From Azolla caroliniana (Eukaryota > Plantae > Polypodiophyta): a stretch of 64,000 bases of DNA. Shown here in pieces: positions 1 through 13,751 of the stretch. The notes beneath the pieces were generated by a model, which searched no databases, was not told the DNA's origin, and was given only the letters and a program-made list of their open reading frames with translations. The stretch is taken from positions 3,224,001 to 3,288,000 of the forward strand of contig JBHGNT010000018.1 in the NCBI GenBank assembly GCA_043228905.1, written 5' to 3'. Position 1 is the stretch's first letter; every line of letters begins with the position of its first letter. Both the position numbers and the translations under genes were made by a program.

Positions 1-1445
1 AGATTGAAGTTGAAGATGAGAATGAGAGGAGGAAAACAAAGAGAAATAAGAGGACATTGACAATAACAAGGGTTACAAGAATATGCCGAAGATTGGTATT
101 GAGCTCGAATGGTTAATCAATACTCGAACACATGCTTATATAGCATGGTTTGGACACGTGCATGCTTGGCATCTCGCAAGCATGCATTATTGTCACTTTG
201 TATTAATGCAAGCATGCCACTGGGCATGACACTTGGTGATTATGCATTAGCTTTTATAGATATAGATATAGATCCTCAATGATTTCAATTTTTATATATG
301 ATAATCAATCCTAATGATTGAGGTTATATCTCTTCTTTGAAGAGGTCATGGGCTCTAATATTCATCATGATTTTAGAGTTTAGGAATATGTTCATAACAA
401 GTTGGGAGTGTTTCTGGGTATTTCTTAAGCACGCTAGTTATGAAGGTGATAACAGAGAGGGCACAAGCTTCCAATCATGTCTTCAACCACAACCTTGATC
501 TATTTTGATATTTCGTATTTTTCTCTTTTCGGAAACACCATATCACAACATCCATCCCCACCAAACCATCACATTTTTTGGTATGTCCCCAAAAAAGCAC
601 CAACAAAGAAACTCGGTCCTTGGTTTGTCTCATCTTTTGAACCTTCTTCTTCTCCTTCTCCTTCTCCTTCTTCTTCTTTGTCATTATGTTTATCTTAAGT
701 GAATTGATCAATACATGATCTATCTTCTATAATGTTTTGAAAATTTTCACTCTCTCTTGGGAATAGGAACTTCCTACCTTATCCCATCAAGTTAAGCTAA
801 CTTGTACATATTATCATATGTTTGAATTACCACATATGGACCAAATTTCACAATGTGAATTTCCTCATTGAGTTGTGTTGGTTGTCAAGGCTACTCTCAT
901 AGACCTTCACCCAAACTCCTTCCTCAACTTTTCTAAGTCAAAGCTAATGTTGCCTATCAAACCATTCCTTGCTTCTAGCTCTTGCTTTCTTGGGCCTCAC
1001 TAATGCTTCCTTTATTTCCTTAGACCTTATCTCTATTGGGTTGAAAGTCTCACTCTACCCATTGTATCCTAGTGTGAACACTCCACTTGGAGTTAGGGCT
1101 TAGTTATCCCAACTATAAAAAAGGAACATAGACTCTTGTAATGGAGTTTAGTAGGATTTGAAATAAACAGTTTCTTCTTGCTCTAAACTGTGTAACTGCA
1201 ACAAGCTTTGATACCAGTTGAAGGCAAAATATCTACTATAGAGTCAATTGATGTGTGGTTGGTCGACTTATGCGGAATATAAGTATGGATCTTGTTGTTG
1301 GAATGAGCAAGCATGTAACAAGTAGAGTGAAAGAATAGTGGATTGTTCAATCACAAAAAGGTAATACGCAAGAAAGAGGGCTACCAGAAGAAGGAAGAGT
1401 AACTAAAGGAAACGACCACGCCAAATATATTCTTCCACAAGAACT

Positions 1446-2770
1446 ATGGCTTCAACATCCGGCACCGGTTGTGAAATCAGGAAGTTCGACGGCAAAGATT
1501 CTGCACTATGGAAAGAAATGATGAGGACGTGTTGATCATTCGATGCAAAATAGAGGTGATTCGGCACAACAATAAGCCAACACCGATGGCAACAGACGAA
1601 TGGCGATCACTTGATGAAATAGCAAGGTCGGTCATCTGGATGCACTTGGCCGAAAATGTCTACTTTAGTATGGCCAAGGAGATGACTATGTAAGTCGTAT
1701 GGGAGAAGCTCCACTCCATATATGAAAAAAAGTCAAGTTCCTCAAAAATCATCTTGATTTGGTAATTGTTCAATATAAAGATGAGAGAGACCGAACTGGA
1801 AATCTCCCATATCAACACCTTCAATCGGTGTTGATTGAACTCTCCTCGCATGGCCTGAATTTTGAGAAAGAAATCAAAGCCCCAACAATTCTCTCGACCC
1901 TCCCCACGAGTTGGGAAGTATTTTGCATGAAAATTATGAATAGCTCCTCTAAACAAGCATTGGACGAAGCGATCAGAGTAGTGTTGTTGGAAGAACTTTG
2001 AAGGAAATCGATGTGCCTCACCATCAATGATAATACTGAAGCTCACTTCTCCAGGGGAATGGCTCAGAGAACCGGTTCAGGAGGATAAAAGATCGACAAC
2101 GGTCGAAGTCATGGAGTGGAATGCAGAATGCCTAGTGTTCACACTTCAAAAAGTCCGGCCACACCGTTGCCGACTGTTGGTCGATCAACAAGAACGGTAA
2201 TGGTCAAAAATTTGATCAGAATAAAGGCTCTTCTGACACAAATCACCCCTCAACCGAAAACCAAATAAATGTTGTCGAATCTTGGTTAGGAGAATACTGT
2301 ATAGTGCACATGATGCACAGACATGGTTGCTTGATTTGGGAGCCACATTTCACGTGCCATGATGTGAGGTACAACAATATGTACGCACTCACAATGACGA
2401 ATCGGGAGGGATCACTAAACGTAGAAGACTTGGCCACATGTCACAAGCCAGACTTGAATGACCTTTGGCATTCAGCTACATCTTGAAAGCTCGACCATGC
2501 TGAGTCTGACACGGGAAATCAACTAGAAGTCCTCACTCGATGCATTTTGAGATGGTGCGAAAGCCACTAGAGTTGATCCACAACGACATCTGCGAGCCGA
2601 TGCTCGAAAGATCTCTAGGAGGTGCATGGTACTTCATCACATTCGTGGATGATTGTACTCGCAAGATGTGGGCTTATTCCATTAAGTTCAAGGACGAAGC
2701 ACTCAAAGTTTTCGCTTGGTGGCTGACCAAAGTTGAAAACCGATCTTGCCACAAACTGAAGACACTACAG
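1446..2770 (+). pseudogene. Degenerate Ty1/copia gag-integrase remnant (Tnt1/Tork-like, related to family B)
   Basis: ATG at 1446 reads MASTSGTGCEIRKFDGKDSALWKEMM (compare B: MASTSGSSEMSLRKFDGSNFNFWKEQM). Later segments read IWMHLAENVYF and KPLELIHNDICEPM...GAWYFITFVDDCTRKMWAY (integrase). Stops and frameshifts present. Confidence 0.85.
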
Positions 2771-3574
2771 TTCGGATTTAATTGGTTCAAATTCTTCGAT
2801 CGACTGGTGTCTGATTGGCATGTTGTGAACCTCTGTTAGAAGGATATCATGGTGGGGATTTGCTACAACAATCTTCTTGCATTGGTGTCGGATCAACTTC
2901 TTCCTCGGGAGTATTTGACTAGTGTGTTGGTGCCTTGGTCGGTTCAGATTGGCCATTTGGCATCTTGGCTGATGACACAGACACCAAACGCGGACTCAGA
3001 CGAAGCATGGATGACAAGGCTACAAGGAACTTAAGAAGCTAGGAATGACATTAGAGCATGAAGACAAAGATAAAGAATGAGACAAGATGGAATTGAACAA
3101 GAATACTAGATTGATGTGTCAATGATTGGTGTTGAATCCCTTGAAAGGAACTAAGGAGGCTACAAGTATTTATACTACGAGTTGAAGTACATACATTAGA
3201 ATATTTGGGAGAATAGTGTAGCACCTTCTAGTTCTAGAACTTTCTAAAAACTCCTAGAACTTGAAATAGATAATCTACTAATAATATACTAAGATATACA
3301 TAACATGACCATGTATTTGGATGTGTTTGTTAGAACATAACACTTGACTATATACAAGAGGTGACGAGTTCCAATCTTGACATGACTATTGTCATGTCCA
3401 TGACATTATCCTCCCCTTTACGACCGCCTTTTCGGAAGTGTGGTGTAGCGATGAGCTGAAAGTGAAAACCGGAGTAGGTTGAGAAGTGTGACATTATCCT
3501 CCCCTTTACGGCCGCCTTTTCGGAAGCGTGGTGTAGGGGTGAGCTGAAAGAGAAAACCGGATTAAGTTGAAGGG

Positions 3575-3838
3575 TAGCTGACCATGTGCAATTTTCACCA
3601 GAGAATGCAACACGAGTGAATGTGAGCGATCATGTGTAGTCCTCATCGGGAATTGAAGTGCCAACCGCCTTGAGCGACCATGTATGGTCCTCACCAGAGA
3701 CATGAACACCAACGGGCATGAGTGACCATGTGCGGTCCTCACCCGGAGACACGAACACCAACGGGCGTGAGCGACCATGTGCGGTCCTCACCTGGAGACA
3801 CGAACACCAACAGGTGTGAGCGACCATGTGCGGTCCTT
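3575..3838. repeat. ~49-bp minisatellite (about 5 copies) inside element E
   Basis: Units GAGCGACCATGTGCGGTCCTCACCCGGAGACACGAACACCAACGGGCGT start at 3672, 3720, 3769 and 3818, with degenerate copies upstream. Confidence 0.9.
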
Positions 3839-6800
3839 ATTAACTCTATATTAAATTACACTTATGAACAACACAAGATGGGGGATGATTAACTCTATAT
3901 TAAATTAGCATCATCAAAAATACAAACATACCTACAATGAGGTATATATAGATCTCATGTGCAAGGGTGCACATGGTGAGGAGAATATAGGTACAAAGGT
4001 GCAAGTCCTATATTAGATGTACTTGGGAGTCACGAAGGATCTAGAATATCCCACTTAAGTACAAGGTCCTATTTAAGGTGTTATAATGATTGTCAACACT
4101 TCTAACTAGATTCTATCTAGGTAACTACGAAGTTACATGGTTGACTGGATAAATACTCTATTGTTGTAAACCAATTGTCTCATGGGCCAAATTTGGCCTT
4201 AGAAGACGTTAATACATCTTTCTTTCTTTCTCAACACACCCCCTCAAGCTCAAGTGTGAGGTGTCTAACATCTAGTTTTGCTTTCGGTGTTGTCTAGCTT
4301 TCGATGTCGGCTTCTGTGCGGCTTTCGGTGTCGGTATTCTTGTGGTAGTTTCGGTTCCTCCCCCTCAAGCCTGTGGTGGAGGCTTGGGTCGACTGATTTC
4401 ACCCATCATGGGTCACGAGCCACTTCTATAGACCTCTCGAGCACTTGTTCGACCGCTACCTTCATCACGAAGGCATAATGATGGGCCATGTAATCGTTGT
4501 AGCCGAGCCGAGTGACGAGATTCTTCTCTCTAGAAGAACTTCAAAGTTTTTCGTTCACCGATGGGAGCACCTTCTTTACTCCAGGTGTCCGCATGATGGG
4601 TACACCAAACTCACTGTCTAGTGAGGGAGCTTACACATCCGAATCACTGTCGTCGGGGTGATCGACTTCGTATTTGGGCATCTTGCCTTTACCTTTGTCC
4701 AAGTTGGACTTGGCCGCGACGTGCTTGGAAGTCTTGAAGGCTCGTGTGGTCCACTTAGCTCAGTAGAGCTTGGACGATCCTTCGGTGAAGGGCTTGGCCG
4801 AATATCATCCTCCGAGTTGACATTCAACTCTTCCTCGGCCGTGTCGGGTGGAGCCGAATCGGGCTTATACCAAAATGTGGATTCGTCGAAGACTACGTCT
4901 CGACTCACCCAAACCATTAGGGTCGAAGGGTTATAACACTTGTATGCCTTCTCCTTGGACGAGTATCCTATGAGGATACATTCCTCCGACTTCACTTGAC
5001 TATTCAAGCTTCTGTCGTTGTTCGTTCAGGATGCGTACATTCGCAATGCTTCCGAACACCTTGAGAATTCTCTCTGAATGCCTTCACTTTGAACACAATG
5101 CTCTTATTTAACTAGGCGACTCCATTTTGTTGGGGTGTGTGTCGGCACAAGAATTCTCTCTGAATGCCTTCACTTTGGAGGTAGGAGGTGAATCCATCGG
5201 AGAAGTACTCCTTTCCTCCATCCGATCGTACGCATCGAATGTGCCGACTGGTTTCTTTCTCCACTTGGCCCTTGAGGTTTGGAAGTGGGAGAGCACTTCA
5301 CTCTTCTTCTTCATCAGAAAGATCCACATGTAGTGGGAGGAGTCGTCAATGAAGGTTACGTAGTATCGGCATCTGCCGATCGTCGGCGTTTGAGCCGATC
5401 CCCATACATTCGAATGTATGACGTCGAGGAGGCCTTTGCTTGCGGAGCTCTCCTTCGGGAATGGGAGTCGATGTTGTTTGCCGAGTTGACATGCTTCACA
5501 TACTCGGTCGACTCGAATGTCAGAAATCCGATGACGACTCCCTTTGTTTGCATAGCTCGGAGTCATTGGAGGTTGATGTGGCCGATTCTCTTGTGCCGCA
5601 ACTCGATGCTCGTCTTGTTTTTGAGACCTTTGACATACATGGCTGATTTCACCTCATTCGAATCGAGGATAAACATGCGACCGTCTCTTCATCCCTTGGC
5701 TATGAGTCGGCTATCTTTCTCAATGAAGCATCCTTCGTTGTTGAAACGAACTTGCATGCCTTGCTCCACGATTTGGCCAACCGAGACCAAATTCTTCGTT
5801 ATTGTGGGCACATGCAAGTCATTCTTGATGCAGGTTTGATCGCTTTCTTTCCTGAATGGGACATTGCCGATGTGCCGAATGGGATGTGTGGTGTCGTCTC
5901 CTGTCTCTATGAAACCGGGTCAATCCGGCGTTCGTAAGTTATGAAACCTCTCTTGGTGTGATGTCATATGATGTGACGCACCGGAGTCGACGAACCACAC
6001 ATCTTCCAAGTTGGAGGTGCTTGTGGAGTCGGAGACCGACATAGAGTTCGCTCTATGTCTCATTACGAAGAGTCCACCATAGTCGTCATATTCAGATTTG
6101 GTGGCATAATTTGTGAGTTGTCGGCTTGTCAAAGCTGACTCGCTTCTCTTTTTCCAACACTCCTCTTCATGGTGGCCGATTTTGCCGCAATAGTTGCAAG
6201 CAATGGGACATGTTTGCCGGCCTTGTTCGGCATGGAAGCTCCCCCTTCTTCTGAAGGTTCCTCGATGGATTCCGTCTTGTTGTTGAAGGTTTGAATTCCC
6301 TTCGTGTGATGGGTCGAATCGACCTCTTCTACCAACTCGACCTTGTCCTCATCCACCATCCGAATTTGAGAAGAACATTTGTCCTTCTGATGTCTTGGTT
6401 TTGTTGGGAAATCAGTCTCTCCGGATGGGATCCGGTGATGAATAAACAGGACCCGGTGAGAACCGGAAGAGATCTGGAAACCAAAGGAGACTCGGTGAGA
6501 ACTGGAAGAGAGCTGGTGAGAACCAAAAGAGAAGACATATATGTAAATATGTTTTGAGTAAGCCTATTGAGGCTATATTTGTGAATAGCCCTAAGTTCAT
6601 ATAAGTATAAATATGACTTAGGGCAATCACTTTAAAAGTGTGTGTTGTTATTGTTGTTGTAACTGTTGTATAGAGAGCGCGACAAAGAGAGAGGGAGAGA
6701 AATACAGAGCGATACTCTATTGTAACCGCCACCTGGCGAAAAAACCGAGCTCGAGGTCGTTGCCTATGAGTCTCTAATTGTACCCCTTCTCTTCATAGTG

Positions 6801-9800
6801 ATAGTTCGGAGTCTGTGGGCTCCCGTGGTTTTTCCCATTTAGGGTTTTCCACGTAAACATCTTGTGTTCACTCTTTAGTTCCCATTTCTGTGTTCTCCAT
6901 TCTCATAGAAGTGTTCAAGACTAGGTTGTGGCTGAGCAATATTCCGCGTTTTACTCAACAAACTGGTATCAGAGCGAACAACACAAAAAATGGAAGAATC
7001 GTTCGGTGGCATGTTCAAGTTCACCGGCTCCAACTACTCAGTGTGGAAGTTGAAGATATTTGGTTGCCGGTTCAATTCGGGGACAAGAGACCGGATAAGA
7101 TCGACGCCACAGTGTGGGAGGTGATGCACATGAAGACGATGGCATACATTTGGTGCCTCATAGACATTAGCCTTTACGACAACTTCAATGAGGAAAGTAA
7201 GGCTCATGAACTCTGGGAGAAGATTGGCATCATGTTCAAGAACAAGAATGCTACTAATTGGGTTTCGGTATTCTGGAAGCTAGTGAGGCTCTGGTACCAG
7301 GATGACTCCAGTATGGCGGAGCACATGAATGCCTTCCAGGGGCTGATACATCAAGCAACCTCGTTGGAAGTACCTCTCGCCGATGAAGTACTCACATTGC
7401 TCCTGCTCGGTTCCCTCCCGGATAGCTGGGAGACGTTAGTTGTCACGTTGGGCAATGCCGGGCCGGAAGGAAAACAGTTGTCCCTAGCAAGGGTAAAATC
7501 AAGCTTGCTAGATGGAGAAGCTCGCCGGAAGGACCAGGAGTCCGGAACCGATTCAAAGGCCTTGGTCACAGAAGATGACCACAACTGGGGAAGAGGCTGG
7601 TATCGGAGTCCCCGAAACCGGGACAAGTCAGGAACGAGGTCGAAGTCAAGGGGGAGGCCCACGTGCTTCTATTGTGGGAAGTCGGGACACTTCTAGAAGA
7701 ATTGTCGGCACTTCTGGAAAGAGAACGAAACCGGCATCATTGATTCAAAGAAGAGTTCGGACCGGAGAGGCACGGATCGGAAAGGAACGTTCGACCCTAA
7801 ACCCTAAACCCTAGACAACGGAGGAGAATACCGGGGGCAGTTCGAGGAGTACTGCCGGCCGAAGGGAATCCGGCTTGAATTCACTGTGCCGAAGACGCCG
7901 GAACTAAATGGGTTGGCCGAAAGGATGAACCGGACCATAATGGAGAGAGTCCGGGGCATGCTTGCACATGCAAGTTACCCAAGACATTTTGGGTTGAGGC
8001 GCTAACGACAGTGACCTACGTGATAATCAGATCACCCTCAGTACCCTTGGGAGGAGACTCAGCTGAAGGTGTATCTTACTGGCATCTGAAGGTATGGACC
8101 GGCAAAGATGTATCTTACTGGCATCTGAAGGTGTTCGGGTGTCTCACATACATGCATGTGGCGAAGGACAAGAGAGAAAAGTTGGATCCGAAGTCCCGAC
8201 CATGCATATTCCTTGGATACGACGACGATGAGTTTGGTTACCGGGTGTGGGATCTGGTCGACAAGAAGGTGTTCCGGAGTTGGGACATAGTCTTCATGGA
8301 AGACAGGACCATTGCCGACTAGGAGTCGGAGAAGAAGATGACCAACTCTGGATCATCCAATGAAAACCGGCCTGAGGACCCAAGCACCTACCTGGTTGAA
8401 AGCTGGATGTTAGCCGGTAACCGGATGACACTCGACGAACCGGCCGGATTCGAACAAGAAACCGAACCGACGGAAGAAGAAGAAGAAGAAGAAGACACCG
8501 AAATCGGACAAAATCCCGAATCAGATTCGGATTCAGAACGGGCGGAGGAACCGACAATCAGAAACCAAGGACGGAGATATCCTCTCCAAGAGAGAAGAGC
8601 CCCCCGGAGATTTCCGGATGTAGAACATGTGCTGCTAACCGACGAGGGGGAGCCAGAAAGTTTTGAAGAAGCAAGGGGAGACACCCACAACCGCAAGTGG
8701 TTGAGTGCCATGTAGGATGAGATGGATTCCATGCATGAGAACCACACATACGAATTGGTGGAGTTGCCGAAAGGAAAGAGGGCACTTCGGAACAAGTGGG
8801 TGTACAAGCTGAAATCGGGAGACGCCGGAAATCCACCAAGGTATAAGGCCCAAATCGTGGTGAAGGGCTTCCAACAGAAGAAAGGAGTGGACTTTGATGA
8901 GATCTTTGCTCCAGTAGTAAAGATGACATCCATTCGGACAGTATTGGGCATAGCAGCAAGCATGGACCTCGAGGTAGAGAAACCGGACGTCAAGACGACA
9001 TTCCTACACGAAGACCTCGAAGAAGAGATCTACATGCATCAACCGGAAGGATTTGAGAGGAATGGGAAGGAGCACCTGGTGTGCCAGCTGAAGAAGAGCG
9101 AGCCTATATGGACTGAAGCAAGTCCCTCGGCAATGGTACTGGAAGTTCGACTCCTTCATGACCGACCAAGGGTACCACAAGACGCAGGCCGATCATTGTG
9201 TGTTTGTGAAGAAATTCGACGGAGAAGATTTCTTGATACTCCTCCTATATGTGGATGATATGTTGATCGTCAAATGAAACCAAGGCAAGATCTGGATGCT
9301 GAAGAAGGCTCTGAACCGGACCTTCTCAATGAAAGACTTGGGTCCGGCAAGACAGATATTGGGAATGCACATCATCCGGGACCGGTCGAAGAAGTTGTTG
9401 TGGTTGTCACAGGAGAAGTATGTGACAAAGGTGCTTCAACGGTTCAACATGTCGGAGGCGAAACCGGTCGGATCGACACTTCCGACAAACTGCAAGCTAT
9501 CTGGAAAACAAAGCCCGAGGACAAAGGCGGAGAAGACGGCTATGATGAAGATACCATATGCATCTGCCATCGGGAGCTTGATGTATGCGATGGTATGTAC
9601 CCGGCCGGATATCGGATATGCAGTCGGAGTGGTGAGCCGGTTCGTGAGCAATCCCGACAAAGAGCATTGGAACGCGGTCAAGTGGATACTCCGGTTTTTG
9701 AAAGGCACTACGAGTATGTGTCTCCGGTTCGGTTCCAGTAATCCCCAACTTGAGGGATTCACAGATTCGGATATGTCGAGTGATGCAGATACCAACCGGT

Positions 9801-10167
9801 CTACATCCAGATATGTCATGACCTATGCAGGGGGAGCTGTTTCCTGGCAGTCGAGGCTGTAGAAGACGGTTGCATTGTCAACCATAGGATGAACCATACG
9901 TACCATTCGTGCATTCATGTTCGAGAATGATTCAATCATTCGAGAATGATAAACACCCTTGAAGAATGATAAATACCATACTTTTGGATAAATGATTTAC
10001 TATAGGGTAAATATTTTTTAATGGTAAAAAAAAATTTAAAAATTACAAAAAAAAAACACATTACCTTAATAACAATATGTTTTTTTCGTAAATTCTAATA
10101 ACAACTATCCAAAATGCTTAGTCTTCAAAAAAAATCTCAATGAGGTGTTACATCAAAATGAGCATTC

Positions 10168-12232
10168 CTAATCTTCATTCAAGGTGATATCATCATCTTC
10201 AAAATCATCATCCTCATCTTGTGCATTATCATCAAGATAAGCCATCACATTGGTGAGGCTCTCATTTTCATCAACTTCTTGCGCTTCTTGTTCACTTTGC
10301 AACACCAACAATCGTTCTTCATCATTTTCTTTCTCAATCATGTCAATAGTAACCTCAATAGGATTGAAACCTCTTTCTTTAATCTTCTTAAGAATACGAA
10401 GATTTGTGTGCAAAAATACCAATTTTTGCACATGATTTGAACTCAATCTATTTCTCCTTTTAGTATGTATTAATGAAAATGTACTCCAATTCCTTTCACA
10501 AGACGATGCACTTGTACCTTGAGATAACACTCTAATTGCAAGTTTCTTCAAATTGGGAGTGCTTGCTCCAAAAGTTTCCCACCATTTGATTGGTGTGCTT
10601 AATCTATTAACATCCTTTGCAAATGGAACTTGAAACAAATCTGATGCTTGTTTTCTATATGCATAAAACTCATCTAACAAAGCATTTTGTAAAACTATAT
10701 TACCACTAGCATAAAGCATGACTGTTTTCATCTAGCCCATTTGTAAATCATGATCTATTTCTTGATCATTTGTTGTCCATAATGGATGCAAGACATATCT
10801 TGTTGCATGCAATGGCGATTCCAACATTGTTAGTCTATGTATGCAACACTCTTTTATTTCATCAAGCTTCATAGGATCAATATCTGTCATATTGTTTATC
10901 TCCATCAACATTTGTTGTTTAAATTGATAAATCAATCCCATTGTAGCACCTTCCCTATCAATCAAACGAAGAAGCTTTAAAATTGAAAGTTACATCACAA
11001 TCATCTTTACATCTGCCCAAAAGTTAGCATCCAATACAATTGAAACCATCTCTTCTGCTTTCTTTGTTTTTGCACCATTGTTCACTAACCACCATTCTTC
11101 TCAAACCAGCATATACTTTATCATCCAACAAATTCGATAACACAATAAAACTGTAAGAAAACCTAGTTGTAGAAGGTTTAAGCAAGTCTTTTCCACAAAA
11201 CTTGTGAAACATGGCCAAAGCATATTGTTTTCTAGTTATGAAAACACTAATCTTCATAGTTGATCGCAAAATGGCATCAATTCAAGCACATTTGGCAATA
11301 TCCTCCAACAACAAATCAACACAATGGCAAGTGCATCTAGTGTAAATTATAGATGGCCACTCCTTTTCTATCATATGTCCCGCAACCACACAATTTGCAA
11401 CATTATCCATACAAACTTGAATTACATTTGATGGTCCAACTTCAAGAATAACATCCTTCAAAATTTTAAATATGTATTCACCTGTCTTGACATGGCCACT
11501 TGTATCTATTGATTTCCAAAACATTGTGCCATGTAGTGAAGAAGCTAAAACATTAATAACTGGTCTATTTCTAGTGTTTGACCAACCATCACTAACAATA
11601 GTGCATCCATATGTCTTCCAACTCTCTTTCAACAATATAAGATCATGCTCAACATTTACAACTTCTCCATTAAGATATTTCTTACGCAATTGATAAGCAG
11701 AAGGTGCTTTAAACGAAGGACCCACTTTTGAAATAGCCATAAGCATATCATGGAAAAATGAGCTTTCCACTTTCCGATGTGCAATATCTTCAGCATAGAA
11801 AAATCTTGCAATAGCCTCTTCTGCTTGTTTCCTCAAAGCCAATTCAAAAGACATTAGGAATGAACCACTCGTCTCTATTTTTTGCTTTTTAGTAGCAAAT
11901 TTATTCATTGAAATGGAACTAGAAATAGAGGCATATGTAGACACATCTGCATTAGCATTAACAATAGTATTACTATTTGCATCTGTTTGTACATCCGAAT
12001 TCAAGTGATCATTTCCATGAACCATTGCATTTTTTAATTGACTCACAATATCACTTGCTTTTGTGCATTTTTCTACACCTTGTCCTCTTATTCCCAATAT
12101 ATGGGCCCTAATTCAATGAGGGCCACCAACAAAGACATGATTACTATATTTACATTTCATCAAATGTGTTCCTTTTGCATTCTTTACATGAATTAGAACA
12201 TGTTCCCACTCCAGACCTTTTTGTCTACCCAT
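10168..12232 (-). pseudogene. hAT transposase (BED finger, DUF659-type catalytic region, C-terminal dimerisation domain), interrupted
   Basis: MGRQKGLEWEHV...CKY...RAHILG (BED-like); GCTIVSDGW, QVCMDN, CTCHCVDLLLED, TTRF; WWETFGASTPNLKKLAIRVLSQGTSASSCERNWSTF. Split over four ORFs by stops and frameshifts. Confidence 0.92.
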
Positions 12233-12970
12233 TAGTTCCTAAATTAATGTAAAACGTAAATATCAAAATCTATTTATTGTAATTTTTGTGCGTTGTCGTG
12301 AAGATTTTCGGCAATGGTGTGAAAATCACATAAAACTATAAAAGGATGGAGGTCTTGAAGAGCTTTCAGATGCACTTTACTACATAAGAAATGGACATCT
12401 AAGTGTCAACTTATGTGTGGAAAAAAGAAAAGAAAAATAGAACTGTGAAATATCCCATATAGATAGGAAAGTTAAGGCCCTAGCTATATAAGAACATTGA
12501 GATCCCTTATTTTTCATTTGTGCTAAGAGCACTTTGGCCACTTTGTCTAGATTGATGAATGTGGCCAAATTTCCAAAAACCGACTAGCAATAAAATGGAA
12601 CTGGAATCAGCTGGAAATCAATTCGGAACCGGTTGGTAAGCAAACCGGAACCGGAACCGGCTGGAAAGAAAACCGAGACCGGTCGGTAAGCAATCCAGAA
12701 CCGGCCGGTAAGCAAATCGGAACCGACCGGAAAACAAACTGGAACTGGTCGGTAAGCAAACTGGAATCGGCCGGAAAGCAAACCGGAACCGACTGGAAAG
12801 CAAACCGGAATCGGCCGATCGGTGGTGGATCCGGCGATGGAGGCGTCAATTGGTGGCGGAGCCGGCGAATCGGCGGCATCCGACGACCAAATAGATATAT
12901 AAATATATAATATATATACATATTGTTGGGATTTCGGTCCCTCCGGATGGGATGTCCGGAGATGAATGAC

Positions 12971-13261
12971 GGCTACGGAGCCGGATGACGAATACCCCGG
13001 CTACGGAGCCGGATGACGAAGACCCTGGCTACGGTGCCGGATGATGAAGACCCCGGCTACGGAGCCGGATGCTGAAGACCCCGGTTACGGAGCCGGATGA
13101 CGAATGTACCCGGAGCGGCTACGGAGCCGGATGACGAATACCCCGGCTACGGAGCCGGATGACGAAGACCCTGGCTACGGTGCCGGATGATGAAGACCCC
13201 GGCTACGGAGCCGGATGCTGAAGACCCCGGTTACGGAGCCGGATGACGAATGTACCCGGAG
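12971..13261. repeat. 28-bp tandem array in the A2 5' LTR (10 units as 2 x 5)
   Basis: GGCTACGGAGCCGGATGACGAA(T/G)ACCC(C/T) units; a block of about 146 bp occurs twice. Confidence 0.95.
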
Positions 13262-13751
13262 GGAGATCTGGATGCGGGGACATATTTGTGAATATGTTTG
13301 CCAAGAGCCCTTGAGGCTATATTTGTAAATAGCCCGAAAGTCATATGTGTATAAATATGACTTAGGGCAAACAGTTTATGTTGTTGCCCATTTTTCTGTT
13401 TTCCACTAAGAGGGAGCGAAGTGAGAGCAGCCGAGAGAGAGTGAGAGAGAAGAAGGAAGAGGTCGACGCCTCTGTGTAATACCGCCGCCTGCGGCGAGGA
13501 CAGCGAGCTCAAGGTCGTCGCCTTGCAGCTCGCCATTGTACATTCCCGCGTATAGTGATAGTTGGAGTCTTGCACTCCCGTGGTTTTTCCCATTTAGGGT
13601 TTTCCACGTAAAACATCCAGTGTGCCCTTCTCTCTATTGTTTTTTCGTGCATTGTTGTATTTCCCGTTTTCTGTGAATCGATCCTGTTCCTCGGTTGTGG
13701 CCGAGCACTGTTTTGCTACAAATTGGTATCAGAGCGACGGTAACACAGAAA

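Noticed and set aside
1-1220. LTR-like fragments and a minus-strand PBS-like motif (GCTTTGATACCA, ~1205-1216)
   Set aside because: Boundaries and TSDs could not be resolved; probably old retroelement debris.
12971-13261. 28-bp, 48-bp and 49-bp arrays as possible CRISPR arrays
   Set aside because: The units are head-to-tail with no unique spacers, lie inside LTR elements in a eukaryotic context, and there are no cas genes.
13695-13751. N-terminal extension of the A2 ORF in the ORF track
   Set aside because: It starts at GTG in the LTR and crosses the PBS; ATG 13752 is the plausible start.
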